DNA from: an uncultured delta proteobacterium
GTDB lineage: Bacteria > Myxococcota_A > Polyangia > Haliangiales > Haliangiaceae
Reading direction: 5' to 3'
Length of the DNA: 64,000 nt
Assembly: GCA_963743525.1 (NCBI GenBank)
Contig: CAVUQH010000004.1
Location: 96,001 to 160,000 of the forward strand
Shown: positions 14,084 through 23,648 of the stretch, piece by piece
Position numbering within the stretch: position 1 is the stretch's first letter
How the letters are laid out: each line of letters opens with the position of its first letter
The notes under the pieces: model-generated
What the model was told of the DNA's origin: nothing
The model's input: the letters and a program-made list of their open reading frames with translations, nothing else
Database searches by the model: none
Program-made: the position numbers and the translations under genes

Positions 14084-15019
14084 CTACTGCTCGACCAGGA
14101 TGAAGTTGCCTTTCACGCCGTTGCGCGAGTCCTCGTAGACGTTCACCACCGAGCCGAACAGCATGGTCTTGCCGCCCACGGTGGTGCCGATGCCGACGAT
14201 CGCGGTCTCGTCGCCACTGATTGGATCGACCTCGAAGATGCCGGGCAGCTGCGACGGGCCGCCCGCGTAGGAGCCATCGACCACGATCTGGTTGCTGGCG
14301 TAGCTCTCCAGCGGCTCGAGCATCGACTCGTTCAGCGACGGCGAGTGGGCGCCGTCGCTGATGTAGGCGGGAGTCGCCGGGGTGATGTCCCCGGTGTCGG
14401 ACAGCTTCAGCGAGGTGACCACCGCCCGGCCGTTGGCCGCGGCGCCGGTGGTCAGGCGGATGTACTCGGGCGCCCGGTCATCGGGGAAGGCGATGCCGCC
14501 CCAGGTCTTGTCGGCGAAATCGTCGATGGTCGCCGCGTTGGCCGCGTCGATCGCCAGCATGCCGCCCTGCCCCTCCGGCTTGTCCAGCACCAGGTGGCCG
14601 GATGCGGTGACCATGACCCGGACCTTGTCGTCCCCGGCATCGACGACCAGGTCGCGGACGCCATCGGTGCAGGCACCGGCGGTGAGCGACACCAGGCCGG
14701 CCGGGTCGTGGGTCTGATAGCGAAGCTGGTTGTCCGGATCGTCGGAGAAGCCGAAGTCCATGTGATGCACGTCGGTGAAGTCGGCGTCGGTGCGGAACAG
14801 GCCGAACGCCTCGCTCTGGCCCAGCCCGACATTGACGTAGGTGTAGTCGTCGGTGCCGATGTCCTGGCAGTCGCCGGCGGCGAAGCCGGCATGCAGTTGC
14901 TCGCCCTGGTACTCGGCGACCAGCGCCATGCCCGGGACCTCGAAGATGCTCGGTGCCGCAGCCGATGCTCGAGCCGAGCATCGCCGCCGCGATGCCGAGC
15001 TTTCGAATGAAACGTACAT
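14084..15019 (-). CDS. Hypothetical beta-rich, probably exported protein; 5' end may be frameshifted
   Basis: ATG 15019 with GAGGGGG upstream; protein-like composition from SIFEVPGMALV onward; a lipoprotein-like signal (LGIAAAMLGSSIGC) lies in a different frame just after the ATG. Confidence 0.55.
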   Translation of the reverse strand: MYVSFESSASRRRCSARASAAAPSIFEVPGMALVAEYQGEQLHAGFAAGDCQDIGTDDYTYVNVGLGQSEAFGLFRTDADFTDVHHMDFGFSDDPDNQLRYQTHDPAGLVSLTAGACTDGVRDLVVDAGDDKVRVMVTASGHLVLDKPEGQGGMLAIDAANAATIDDFADKTWGGIAFPDDRAPEYIRLTTGAAANGRAVVTSLKLSDTGDITPATPAYISDGAHSPSLNESMLEPLESYASNQIVVDGSYAGGPSQLPGIFEVDPISGDETAIVGIGTTVGGKTMLFGSVVNVYEDSRNGVKGNFILVEQ

Positions 15020-15120
15020 GAGTCCCCCTCGGGTGATGTGCAGATGGCGAGCGCCGTCGCAGCGCCGCTTCGAGGAGGCAGAGACGCCCGCGAGGAGTTG
15101 TGATCGCGAAGATTCCCCGA

Positions 15121-16521
15121 TCAACGCGGCGTGACGGTCACGGTCAGCGGATCGGTCGCCGGCAGCTCGGTCAGCCGCACCTCGCCGGCGGTCACGTCGG
15201 CGGTGCAGCCGCCGCAGTTGACGTCGGCGCCGTTCGGGTAGAGGCGCGGCGGCAGGGCAATGACAGTCGGCGCGGTGATGCGCCGGTCGGGATGAAGGAT
15301 GAGCGAGAAGCTGCTGCTGGGGTCGTCGAAGCTCCACGACACCGGATCGCCGGCGACCCGCGTCGGGTACGGGCGCACGACCGAGACCATCAGCGCGGCG
15401 TTCTCGCTGCCGTCGGCCTGCAGGATCGAGTACGAGCCGCCCTTGTCGTAGCTCCACAACATGTTGCCGGCGGCGACCGCGCCGGCGCCGTCGTAGGCGG
15501 CGTCCATGTACGCCTCGATGCCGTCGCCATAGCCGCCGTATTCACCGATCCACAGCGCGGCGTCGATGCCGCGGGCCTCGCCGGCGAGGAGGTCGACGTT
15601 GCCGAGGTAGGCCTCGCGCCGATCGGACGAGAAGCCCATCCCCTGCTCGGCGCCGGTGTCGTAGGCGTGCGGCGCGTAGACGACGTCGGGCAGATCGAAG
15701 CCGTGCAGGTTGGTCAGCACGCCCAGGTTGCGCGAGCTGGCCGGCTCGAGAAAGGCGACCCAGCCGGGCGCGCTGGCCCGCACCGCGGCGACCACCTGCT
15801 CGTAGAACGGCTGCAGCAGGTCGGGCTCGAACTCCTGCACGCTGTAGGAGCCCCAGAACGGCTCGTTGAGGGCGTCGAAACCGATGACCGCCGGCTGGTC
15901 GGCCAGTCGCGCGGCCACGTGCCCCCACGCCGCGACCAGCTTCTCGCGCGTGGCGTCGTCCATCCATAGATGGTCGTAGCAGGCGATGACCTCGTCGCTG
16001 GCGTAGTTGAGGAACCACGACGTCGCCGGCACGAACGCGTCGTAGTACGACTGGTCGCAGCTCCACATCGGCGCGCCGTTGCCGCCGCCGCTGGCGAACC
16101 CCTCGCCGTAGACGTCCTGGTGCATGTCGAGCACCACCAGCAACCCGGCGTCTTTGGCCCACTGCATGCGCATGGCCACGGCGTCGAGATAGCTGTCGTC
16201 GAACGCGCCGTCGCTGGGCTCGACGGCCGCCCAGCTGATGAGGAAGCGCACGGCGTCGAAGCCCCAGTCGTCGCGCATGCGGGCGAAGTCGGCCGGTTGA
16301 TGAAACGAAAAATAGGGCGCCACCTTGTGCGCGCCCGCCAGGTTGGCGCCGCGCAGGATCAGCGCCCGGCCATCGGCGTCGCGCAAGAAACCACCGCACA
16401 CATGGTAGCCGCCCGTGCACAGCGCCGGCGCGGCGTCCGGGCCGGCGGCGCGGTTGTCACCGCAACCGATCACCAGGACCGACAGCAGCGCCAGCAGACG
16501 GGCCCGGGCGCCGCGGGTCAA
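15121..16521 (-). CDS. GH5 glycoside hydrolase, endoglycoceramidase-like lipoprotein
   Basis: FLRDADGRALILRGAN, LDMHQDVY, LNEP (acid/base), YAPHAY, IGEYG (nucleophile), RPYPTRVAGDP before a C-terminal beta-sandwich; lipobox VIGC; TTG start overlaps the upstream stop. Confidence 0.85.
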   Translation of the reverse strand: MTRGARARLLALLSVLVIGCGDNRAAGPDAAPALCTGGYHVCGGFLRDADGRALILRGANLAGAHKVAPYFSFHQPADFARMRDDWGFDAVRFLISWAAVEPSDGAFDDSYLDAVAMRMQWAKDAGLLVVLDMHQDVYGEGFASGGGNGAPMWSCDQSYYDAFVPATSWFLNYASDEVIACYDHLWMDDATREKLVAAWGHVAARLADQPAVIGFDALNEPFWGSYSVQEFEPDLLQPFYEQVVAAVRASAPGWVAFLEPASSRNLGVLTNLHGFDLPDVVYAPHAYDTGAEQGMGFSSDRREAYLGNVDLLAGEARGIDAALWIGEYGGYGDGIEAYMDAAYDGAGAVAAGNMLWSYDKGGSYSILQADGSENAALMVSVVRPYPTRVAGDPVSWSFDDPSSSFSLILHPDRRITAPTVIALPPRLYPNGADVNCGGCTADVTAGEVRLTELPATDPLTVTVTPR

Positions 16522-16724
16522 CCGCCGACGCCGCGCGACGCCCGCTCGACGTCGATCAACGCGCCCTCGATGGCGCTCTCGGCGTCGCGACATTTCTCCT
16601 GCGCCCGGCGAAGATCGCCGACGCTGGGCGCCGGTTGCAGCCGCAGGTGAGCCAGCGAACGCAGCGCCGCCGCCAGCGCTCGCTCGGCGGACGCAAGTCG
16701 GTCTTGCTGCTCGTCGCGCGACAT
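16518..16724 (-). CDS. Small helical hypothetical protein
   Basis: 68-aa ORF with AAGGTGG upstream; its stop overlaps the GH5 start. Confidence 0.5.
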   Translation of the reverse strand: MSRDEQQDRLASAERALAAALRSLAHLRLQPAPSVGDLRRAQEKCRDAESAIEGALIDVERASRGVGG

Positions 16725-16947
16725 GGTCCCACCACCTTTTTACTTCGGGAGCGCTCAACAGATCTCCAAAAAAGACCGGCGCCGCCCCAGCAATTTCAAC
16801 CCTGTACCGCGGTATGGCCGCGTTGCCGGCGTCGGATTGGGACGAGATCTTCTCATAGGCACAGACGATGTAAGAACCAACGCATGATCCGACGCGCTAG
16901 TGTGTGCCGCACCAGGGCCATTTCCCCCGCCCTGTCAGAGCTGCGAG

Positions 16948-19900
16948 ATGACAACACAGTCACCCCGAGCCCGGGCAGAGCCCAACGCCTGGTCGGCACC
17001 CGTCTTCCCCCAACCGGTCAGCGGTTTCGCCGGCAGGCGCGCCGAAATCGATCGGGCGCTGCGCCACGTCGATCGCGACAATCTGTTCTTCATCTACGGC
17101 GTGGCCGGGATCGGCAAGACCGAGCTGGCCTACCAGCTGATTCGCGAGATCGGCACGCGCCCCGGGTGGGCCGAGGCGACCCCGCTCCAGGTTGACGCCA
17201 GGCCGGGACTCACCGCGCCGCGGATCCTGGCGCAGCTGCTGGCTGCGGTCGGATCGTCGCCGGTGCCGCGGCGGGGCCAGCCGACCGAGCAGGCCCATCT
17301 CACCGAGCAGCTCGAGCGCCTGGCCCGCGCGCTGGACGAACGGCCGCACTTGCTGTTCATCGACGACGTCCACAACTTGCCGCACGATCCCGTCGCCGAG
17401 GCGCTGGGATACCTGTCGCGACGGGTGCGCAACAGCCGGCTGGTGGTCGCATCGCGCCGCGAGATCCTCCTGCCGCCGGATGCCCCGCCGCCGGTGATCA
17501 CCACGCTCGGACCGCTGCAGGCGGCCGACGCCGAGGCGATGATGACGGCGCTGGCCGACCGCATGCAGGTGCCCCGCCCGGAGCCGGCGTCGATGCTGCG
17601 GTCGACCCACGGCAGCCCGTTCCACATTCACGCCATGCTCGTGCGCCGCGCCTCCGACAGCGGCGCGCTCGAGTCCTCCCTGGCCGAGCTGACGCCGCAC
17701 GCCCGCCGCTTGCTGATGGCTGCGGCGACGGCGCAACACCGGCCGTCGGTCGCCCAGCTGCGCGTGCTCGCACCGGGTGACCAACCGGTCGACGAGGCGC
17801 TTCGCGATCTGGAGCAGCAGTTTCTGATCGAGCGCAAGCAGGGGCAGGTGATCGTCCACGACCTGATCCGCGAGGCGCTGCTGGGACAGAGCGCCGACGA
17901 CGAGCGCGCCGCCGCCCACCGCGACGCCGCGGCGCTGTGTCTGGCCGAGCTCGCCGAGCGCAGCGACCCGCCACTGTTCCTGGCCGTCGACGCGGTCAAT
18001 CACTACATCGCCGCAGGCGCTCCCGCCGATGCGTGGGCGCTGGTCGAGCGCTGGCAATCGCAGCTGGCCGCCGCCGGCAGCGAGCACCTGTTGCTCGAGC
18101 CGCTGGAGCAGCTGCGCGCCGCCCTGCCCGCCCGGCGCATTCCCATCGATCTATTGATCGCCCGCTGCCTGGTGCGGGCGTCGCTGTTCGAGGAGGCCGG
18201 GCAGGTGCTGGCCCGCGTCGGCGACGACCGCAGCCCGGCCGAGGACACCCGCTACTGCGTGCTCGCAGGAGAGCTGGCGCAGCAGGCCGGCCAGGTCGAG
18301 TGCGCGATGGATCTGTTCGAGCGGGCCGCCGAGCGCGCGCCCGATGCCGACGCCCGCTTCCAGGCGCAGCTGCGCCGCAGCATCCTCGCGGTCTTCTACG
18401 AGGGCGGCGCCCGCGGCCGCGAGCTCCTGGCCGGGGCGCTGGACGAGCTGCCGACGCCCAGCCCGCGGCAGCTCGCGCGCGCCGGCTGGGCGCGGACGAT
18501 GAGCTGGATGGTCGACGAGCGGTACGAGCGCGCCGGCCGCGAAGCCAACGAGACCCGCCGCGAGCTGCCGGCCAGCGGGCTCGAGGACCTGGGCAGTCAG
18601 CTGGCCATGCTCGAGACGCTGGCGTTCATCGAGTGCCAGCAGATGGATCGCGCGCGGGTTGCGGCAGCGCGCATCGACGAGAGCGGACTGCGCCAGCGCG
18701 CGGCGGCGATGTGCCGCGCGATCGTCAACTTCGCCGACGGCAACGCGCGCGACGCCAGCCGCGAGCTGGTCGAGACCCACGACTACATGCGCTCCCACGG
18801 CGACGCCGGCGTCGCCTACGTCGCCGGCTACTACGGCAGCCAGGCGCTGGCCGAGATCGGCAGCCTGTGCGAGGCCCAGGTGCTGGCCGAGAGCGCCTCG
18901 CAGATGGCCAGGCGCGCGGGGCTGCACGGCCCGGCGGCCCGATCGATCGCCCAGCAGGCGCTGTTCGCCGCCGAGGCGGTGCAAAACGCCACCGCCCACC
19001 GCCTGGCCGACGAGGCGCTGGCCAGCCCCAACCTGGGAACGCGGTCGCGGGCCAACGCCCACCTGGCCCACGCGCACGCCTATACGATCGGTGGCGACAT
19101 CACCCGGGGGCTGCAGCACATCGCCCACGCGCGCGCCGCCGTCGCCGACCCGGAGCTGACCATCGCCCACGCCGCCATCGACATCGAGCACGCGGCCATC
19201 GATCTGGTCGCCGGCAACCTCGACGGCGCCGTCAACCGGGCCGAGCGCGCGTGCGACCAGTTCCAGGCGCGCTCGCGCGACTTCGAGATCGCCCGCGGGC
19301 GACTGGTGCTGGCCGCCGCGTACATCGCCCGCGGCCGGCGCACCGATCTGGTGCTGGCCGAGCAGTCCCAGGCCAAGGCGCAAGAGCTGGCCAACCGCGG
19401 CCGCATGCAGGCGATCCAGGTCGGCTGCGCGATCCTGTCGGCGGCCCTGGCGCGGCGGAGCAATCGCGACCGCGCCGCCCGCGAGCTGCTCGAAGACGCG
19501 CTCCGAGTGCTGGGCCCGGAGCGCGGCAGCCTGTACGCCAACGTGCTGTTGGCCGCCATCGACGGCGGCGCCATCGCTCGGGCGGCGCCCGGCGCGGTCG
19601 CCCTGCTCGCCCACCTCGGCTTCAGCGAGACCGTCAACTGCTACCTGGTCGATCAACACGGCCGGCGCGCCGCTACCGACGGCGACGTGGCCCGCGAGCG
19701 CGAGCTGCGCGAGCTGTTCGTCGACGAAATTCGCTCGGTCATCGTCGCCCGCCGCGGCGAGCTGGAGATCGGCGGCCGCAGCATGCTGTGCGGCCTATTG
19801 TCGGCGCTGGTTCAGGCCCGCGGCGAGCCGATCGCGGCCGAGACACTGTACAAGCGCGTCTGGGGCGTGCCCGAGTACCATCCGCTGCAGCACCGCAACG

Positions 19901-20076
19901 CGCTGTACGTGGCGCTCAACCGCCTGCGCGGATGTTTGAAAGAGGCGTTCCCCGACCGCGATCTGATCCAGCGGACCAAGCCCGGCTGGCGCCTGGCCGA
20001 AGGCATCGACGCCTGCGTCGCCGTCGCCGTGCACGAGCCGGCGGGCGTCGGCCACGACGCAGCTAACAACAGATGA
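16948..20076 (+). CDS. STAND-type NTPase with TPR-like region and C-terminal OmpR-like winged helix (transcriptional regulator)
   Basis: FAGRRAEI, Walker A GVAGIGKT, Walker B LLFIDDVH, GSPF, VHDLIRE; C-terminal LYKRVWG...NALYVALNRLR...GWRL. Confidence 0.8.
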   Translation: MTTQSPRARAEPNAWSAPVFPQPVSGFAGRRAEIDRALRHVDRDNLFFIYGVAGIGKTELAYQLIREIGTRPGWAEATPLQVDARPGLTAPRILAQLLAAVGSSPVPRRGQPTEQAHLTEQLERLARALDERPHLLFIDDVHNLPHDPVAEALGYLSRRVRNSRLVVASRREILLPPDAPPPVITTLGPLQAADAEAMMTALADRMQVPRPEPASMLRSTHGSPFHIHAMLVRRASDSGALESSLAELTPHARRLLMAAATAQHRPSVAQLRVLAPGDQPVDEALRDLEQQFLIERKQGQVIVHDLIREALLGQSADDERAAAHRDAAALCLAELAERSDPPLFLAVDAVNHYIAAGAPADAWALVERWQSQLAAAGSEHLLLEPLEQLRAALPARRIPIDLLIARCLVRASLFEEAGQVLARVGDDRSPAEDTRYCVLAGELAQQAGQVECAMDLFERAAERAPDADARFQAQLRRSILAVFYEGGARGRELLAGALDELPTPSPRQLARAGWARTMSWMVDERYERAGREANETRRELPASGLEDLGSQLAMLETLAFIECQQMDRARVAAARIDESGLRQRAAAMCRAIVNFADGNARDASRELVETHDYMRSHGDAGVAYVAGYYGSQALAEIGSLCEAQVLAESASQMARRAGLHGPAARSIAQQALFAAEAVQNATAHRLADEALASPNLGTRSRANAHLAHAHAYTIGGDITRGLQHIAHARAAVADPELTIAHAAIDIEHAAIDLVAGNLDGAVNRAERACDQFQARSRDFEIARGRLVLAAAYIARGRRTDLVLAEQSQAKAQELANRGRMQAIQVGCAILSAALARRSNRDRAARELLEDALRVLGPERGSLYANVLLAAIDGGAIARAAPGAVALLAHLGFSETVNCYLVDQHGRRAATDGDVARERELRELFVDEIRSVIVARRGELEIGGRSMLCGLLSALVQARGEPIAAETLYKRVWGVPEYHPLQHRNALYVALNRLRGCLKEAFPDRDLIQRTKPGWRLAEGIDACVAVAVHEPAGVGHDAANNR

Positions 20077-20132
20077 AGTAAGAAATCACAGAGGTCGGAC
20101 CGGCTACGTTGCCCGGCGAGGGAGCGTGATCC

Positions 20133-21458
20133 ATGCCGGAGGCTCTACCCACCCCGTTCGACGCCGCAGGCGCGGCCGAGCCGGGCAGGCTCGGTCCGTA
20201 CGAGCTGTACGAGCGGCTGGGCACGGGCGGACACGCCTGCGTCTACCGCGCCCGCCGCGGCGGCGACCCCGACGCCGCCGACGTCGCCATCAAGCGACTG
20301 CACCCGCACCTGACCGGCGACCACGAGGCGGTGCAGGGCTTCGGCCGCGAAGCGCGCATCGCCTACCTGCTCGACCACCCGGCCATCCGCCGCATCTTCT
20401 CGCTCTGCCGCGAGCCGGGAGAGCTGTTCATGGTCATGGAGTACGTCGACGGCTCGCCGCTGAGCCGGGTCCTCGATCGCGCCATCGACGCGCAGACGCG
20501 GCTGCCGGTGGACGGCATCCTGGCGGTGCTGTGCCGGCTGTGCGACGCGCTCCACTACGCCCACGACGTGGTCGACGAGTACGGCGTGCCCACCGGCTTC
20601 GTCCACCGCGACATCTCACCGTCGAACGTGATCGTCTGCGCCGGCGGCGCGCTCAAGCTGATCGATCTGGGTGTGGCGCGCACCCTGGCCCCCGAGCTGG
20701 TGACCAACTCCGGCCTGATCAAGGGCAAGTTCGGCTACATGGCTCCCGAGGTGATGCGCAGCGGGCCGTTCGACCGCCGCGCCGACGTCTTTTCCGCCGG
20801 CGTCCTCGCCTGGGAGCTCTTGACCATGCGCCGGCTGTTTCCCGTGCGCAACGCCGCTGCCGATCTGCTGCGCGTGCGCGCGCGCCGCATCCCGCCGCCG
20901 TCGCGCTACAACCCCACCTGCCCGGCAGCGCTGGATGCCATCGTCCTGCGGGCGCTGGCGACGCGCCCGGCCGATCGGTGGGCCAGCTGCGCCACGCTGG
21001 CGACCGCGCTGCGCGGCGTCGCGGCGCGGATGGGCGAGCCGCTCACCGATCGCGCCATCGCGCGGCTGGCGCGCACCGTCGGGCTCCGCCAGCGGGTCCG
21101 TCCCCCGCGCCGCGCCGCCGACGACCAGCCGCCGCTCATCGCCCATCCCATCGCCACGCTGCCGCCGCCGGTGGTCGCGCCGCGTCGCTGTCGCCGCTCG
21201 GCAGCGCTCGGCGCGCTGGGTGGATCGATCGCGACCCTGGCGGTGGCCACGCTGGTGAGCTCGGTGTTGTTCGCGTCGGCGCCGCCGATCGCCACCGCGC
21301 GACCGCTGCCGGCACCATCGGCGCCGCCGCCCGTCGCCTGCCCCGACGCCGGCGCCGGCTCGACGAGCGAAGCCGGGGCGCCCGACGCCGAACGGGCTCG
21401 CCCCGGGATCGCGGACCAGCGCTGCCCCCGCGATGCCCGGCCGGCGGCCAGCGATTGA
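20133..21458 (+). CDS. Ser/Thr protein kinase with a C-terminal TM segment
   Basis: LGTGGHACV, VAIK, HRDISPSN, DLG, GKFGYMAPE, DVFSAG; hydrophobic segment near the C-terminus. Confidence 0.9.
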   Translation: MPEALPTPFDAAGAAEPGRLGPYELYERLGTGGHACVYRARRGGDPDAADVAIKRLHPHLTGDHEAVQGFGREARIAYLLDHPAIRRIFSLCREPGELFMVMEYVDGSPLSRVLDRAIDAQTRLPVDGILAVLCRLCDALHYAHDVVDEYGVPTGFVHRDISPSNVIVCAGGALKLIDLGVARTLAPELVTNSGLIKGKFGYMAPEVMRSGPFDRRADVFSAGVLAWELLTMRRLFPVRNAAADLLRVRARRIPPPSRYNPTCPAALDAIVLRALATRPADRWASCATLATALRGVAARMGEPLTDRAIARLARTVGLRQRVRPPRRAADDQPPLIAHPIATLPPPVVAPRRCRRSAALGALGGSIATLAVATLVSSVLFASAPPIATARPLPAPSAPPPVACPDAGAGSTSEAGAPDAERARPGIADQRCPRDARPAASD

Positions 21459-21641
21459 ACACCAACGCGGCCGCGCAGAGCAGAGCGAACGAAGCCCCGA
21501 CCCGATCGAAACCGACCAGTGTGGCCACCGCCAGCGCCACCGCGATGACACCGGGCCAGGCATCGGCGGGGTTCCGATGCCGCCCCCACCCATTGCAAAC
21601 AAAGCTCTCGGCGATTCGGGCCGGCGGGTTACACTGAGGAG

Positions 21642-22946
21642 ATGGACGAGCTGACCCGTGTGCTGTCGATTCCGACACCGCGCCGGTTCAGCCTCCGCTT
21701 CCCCGACCGCGACCTGGAAGCGGCGTTCCGCAGCCGCTTCGCCGCCGAGGCCGTGCCCCGCTATCGCTTCCTCATCGCGGTGGTGACCATCATCTGGGTC
21801 ACGTTCGGGCTGCTCGACCACACCATCATTCAAGGCGATGGGCTGGTGACCGTCCGCATCCTGCGCTTTGCCGTCGTCCTGCCCATCTTGCTCATCGGCC
21901 AGGCGTTGCCGTTCGCATCCGCGCGGTTCTTCGAGCGCTACTGGCAGCTGGCGCTGGCCATTGGCTTTCTGTCGATCGCGTCGACGATGGTCGTCTACGC
22001 CGCCCTGGTCGATCCGTCGATGGTGCCGGGAGGAACCGCCGGCATCGCGCTGGTGCTGGTCGGCGGCTACACGCTGGTGATGATGCGCTTCGTCTACGCA
22101 CTGGCGGTAGGCGTGATCATCACCGTCGGCATCGCCGCGCTGCACGCGCACTGGAGCGGCGCCGGGGCCGTGACCACGTCGATCGTCCGCGACGGCATGA
22201 TCTGGGTCTACCTGGCCAACATCATCGGCATCTTCTCCTGCCGCGAGCTGGAGATGTTCCGCCGGACCAAGTTCGTCCAGGGCATGCAGATCGAGCGCGA
22301 GCAGCAGCGGGCCGAGGCGCTGCTGCGCAACACCCTGCCCGCCAGCGTGGTCGAGCGACTCAAGAGCGGCGAGCCGCGCATCGTCAACAGCTTCGACGAG
22401 GTCACGGTGCTGTTCGGCGATCTGGTCGACTTCACTCGCCTGACCGGCAAGCTGTCGCCGCACGAGCTCGTCGAGCTGCTCAACGAGCTGTACAGCGCGT
22501 TCGACGACCTGGCCGAACGACACGGTCTGGAGAAGATCAAGACCGTCGGCGACGCCTACATGGTGGTCGGCGGCGTGCCCCTGCCCCGCTCCGACCACGC
22601 CCAGGCAGTGGCGCAGATGGCGCTGGAGATGCTCGCCGTGGTCTCGCAGCTGCGCGGGCAATGGCCCGATCTGCAGATCCGCATCGGCATCCACTCCGGC
22701 CCGGTCGTGGGCGGCGTCATCGGCACGCACAAGCTGAGCTACGACGTCTGGGGCGACACGGTCAACATCGCCAGCCGGCTGCAGCAAGAGGGCGTACCTG
22801 GCTCGATCCACGTCTCGGTGCGCACCCGCGCGCTGCTCGCCCAGCAGTTCGACTTCCGCTCGCGAGGCAACACCAACCTCAAGGGCAAGGGGCCGATGCC
22901 GACCTACACCCTTCGCTACCGCCCGTCCGCGCGCGCGCAGGGCTGA
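21642..22946 (+). CDS. Membrane-bound class III adenylate cyclase (about 6 TM)
   Basis: VLFGDLVDFT, EKIKTVGDAYM, RIGIHSGPVVGGVIG, YDVWGDTVNIASRL. Lys/Asp specificity residues point to ATP as substrate. Confidence 0.92.
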   Translation: MDELTRVLSIPTPRRFSLRFPDRDLEAAFRSRFAAEAVPRYRFLIAVVTIIWVTFGLLDHTIIQGDGLVTVRILRFAVVLPILLIGQALPFASARFFERYWQLALAIGFLSIASTMVVYAALVDPSMVPGGTAGIALVLVGGYTLVMMRFVYALAVGVIITVGIAALHAHWSGAGAVTTSIVRDGMIWVYLANIIGIFSCRELEMFRRTKFVQGMQIEREQQRAEALLRNTLPASVVERLKSGEPRIVNSFDEVTVLFGDLVDFTRLTGKLSPHELVELLNELYSAFDDLAERHGLEKIKTVGDAYMVVGGVPLPRSDHAQAVAQMALEMLAVVSQLRGQWPDLQIRIGIHSGPVVGGVIGTHKLSYDVWGDTVNIASRLQQEGVPGSIHVSVRTRALLAQQFDFRSRGNTNLKGKGPMPTYTLRYRPSARAQG

Positions 22947-22961
22947 GCGGCCGCGACCGAA

Positions 22962-23531
22962 CTACGGCGGGCTCCACGGCTGGCCGGTCTCGCAGTCAAC
23001 GTGCGCCAGGCGCACGCCGCCCGGTCCGATATCCAACGTGCCAAAGACGATGGGCAGATGAAAACGGCGCGGGCCGATCGAGCCGGGGTTGAACACGGTG
23101 AGCCCGCGGTCGCTGCCGATGAACGGCACGTGCGAGTGGCCGCAGACCACCAGCGACGCCTCGCGCGCCCGCGCCCGCTTGCCCACGTCGGCGCGCAGCT
23201 TGGCGCCGTACAGCGCGATGTGCGTGAGCAGCAGGCGCAGCTTGCGCTCGGCCCCGAGCAGGTCGAGCACCAGCACGTCGGGCAACTCCGCGGCGCGCAC
23301 GTCGATGTTGCCGCGCACGGCGAACACCGGCGCGAACTGGGCCAGCCGATCCAGCACCGCCAGGTCGCCGATGTCTCCCGCGTGAAGGATCGCATCCGGC
23401 GCCAGCGCCGCCAGGTGCTCGGCGATCGCCGCGTGCGGTCGCGAGTGCGTGTCGGCGATCACGGCGATGCGCGTGTCGCCGTCCTGGCGAAGCGGCAAAG
23501 ACGCCGACTTCTCGATCACCGGTGGCCTCAT
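22962..23531 (-). CDS. YfcE-like metallophosphoesterase
   Basis: ADTH, HAGD, VRGNID, THI, GHSH, NPGS motifs. Confidence 0.88.
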   Translation of the reverse strand: MRPPVIEKSASLPLRQDGDTRIAVIADTHSRPHAAIAEHLAALAPDAILHAGDIGDLAVLDRLAQFAPVFAVRGNIDVRAAELPDVLVLDLLGAERKLRLLLTHIALYGAKLRADVGKRARAREASLVVCGHSHVPFIGSDRGLTVFNPGSIGPRRFHLPIVFGTLDIGPGGVRLAHVDCETGQPWSPP

Positions 23532-23648
23532 CTCGTGAGTGTACCTTGACGCCCTGAGATGCTGTGCTCAGGTCGTCGGAATCGCGACGCGCAAACGACC
23601 GCCGGCAGATCCACGAGCTGCTGCACGGCAAACCCGAGTAGGCGCGAA

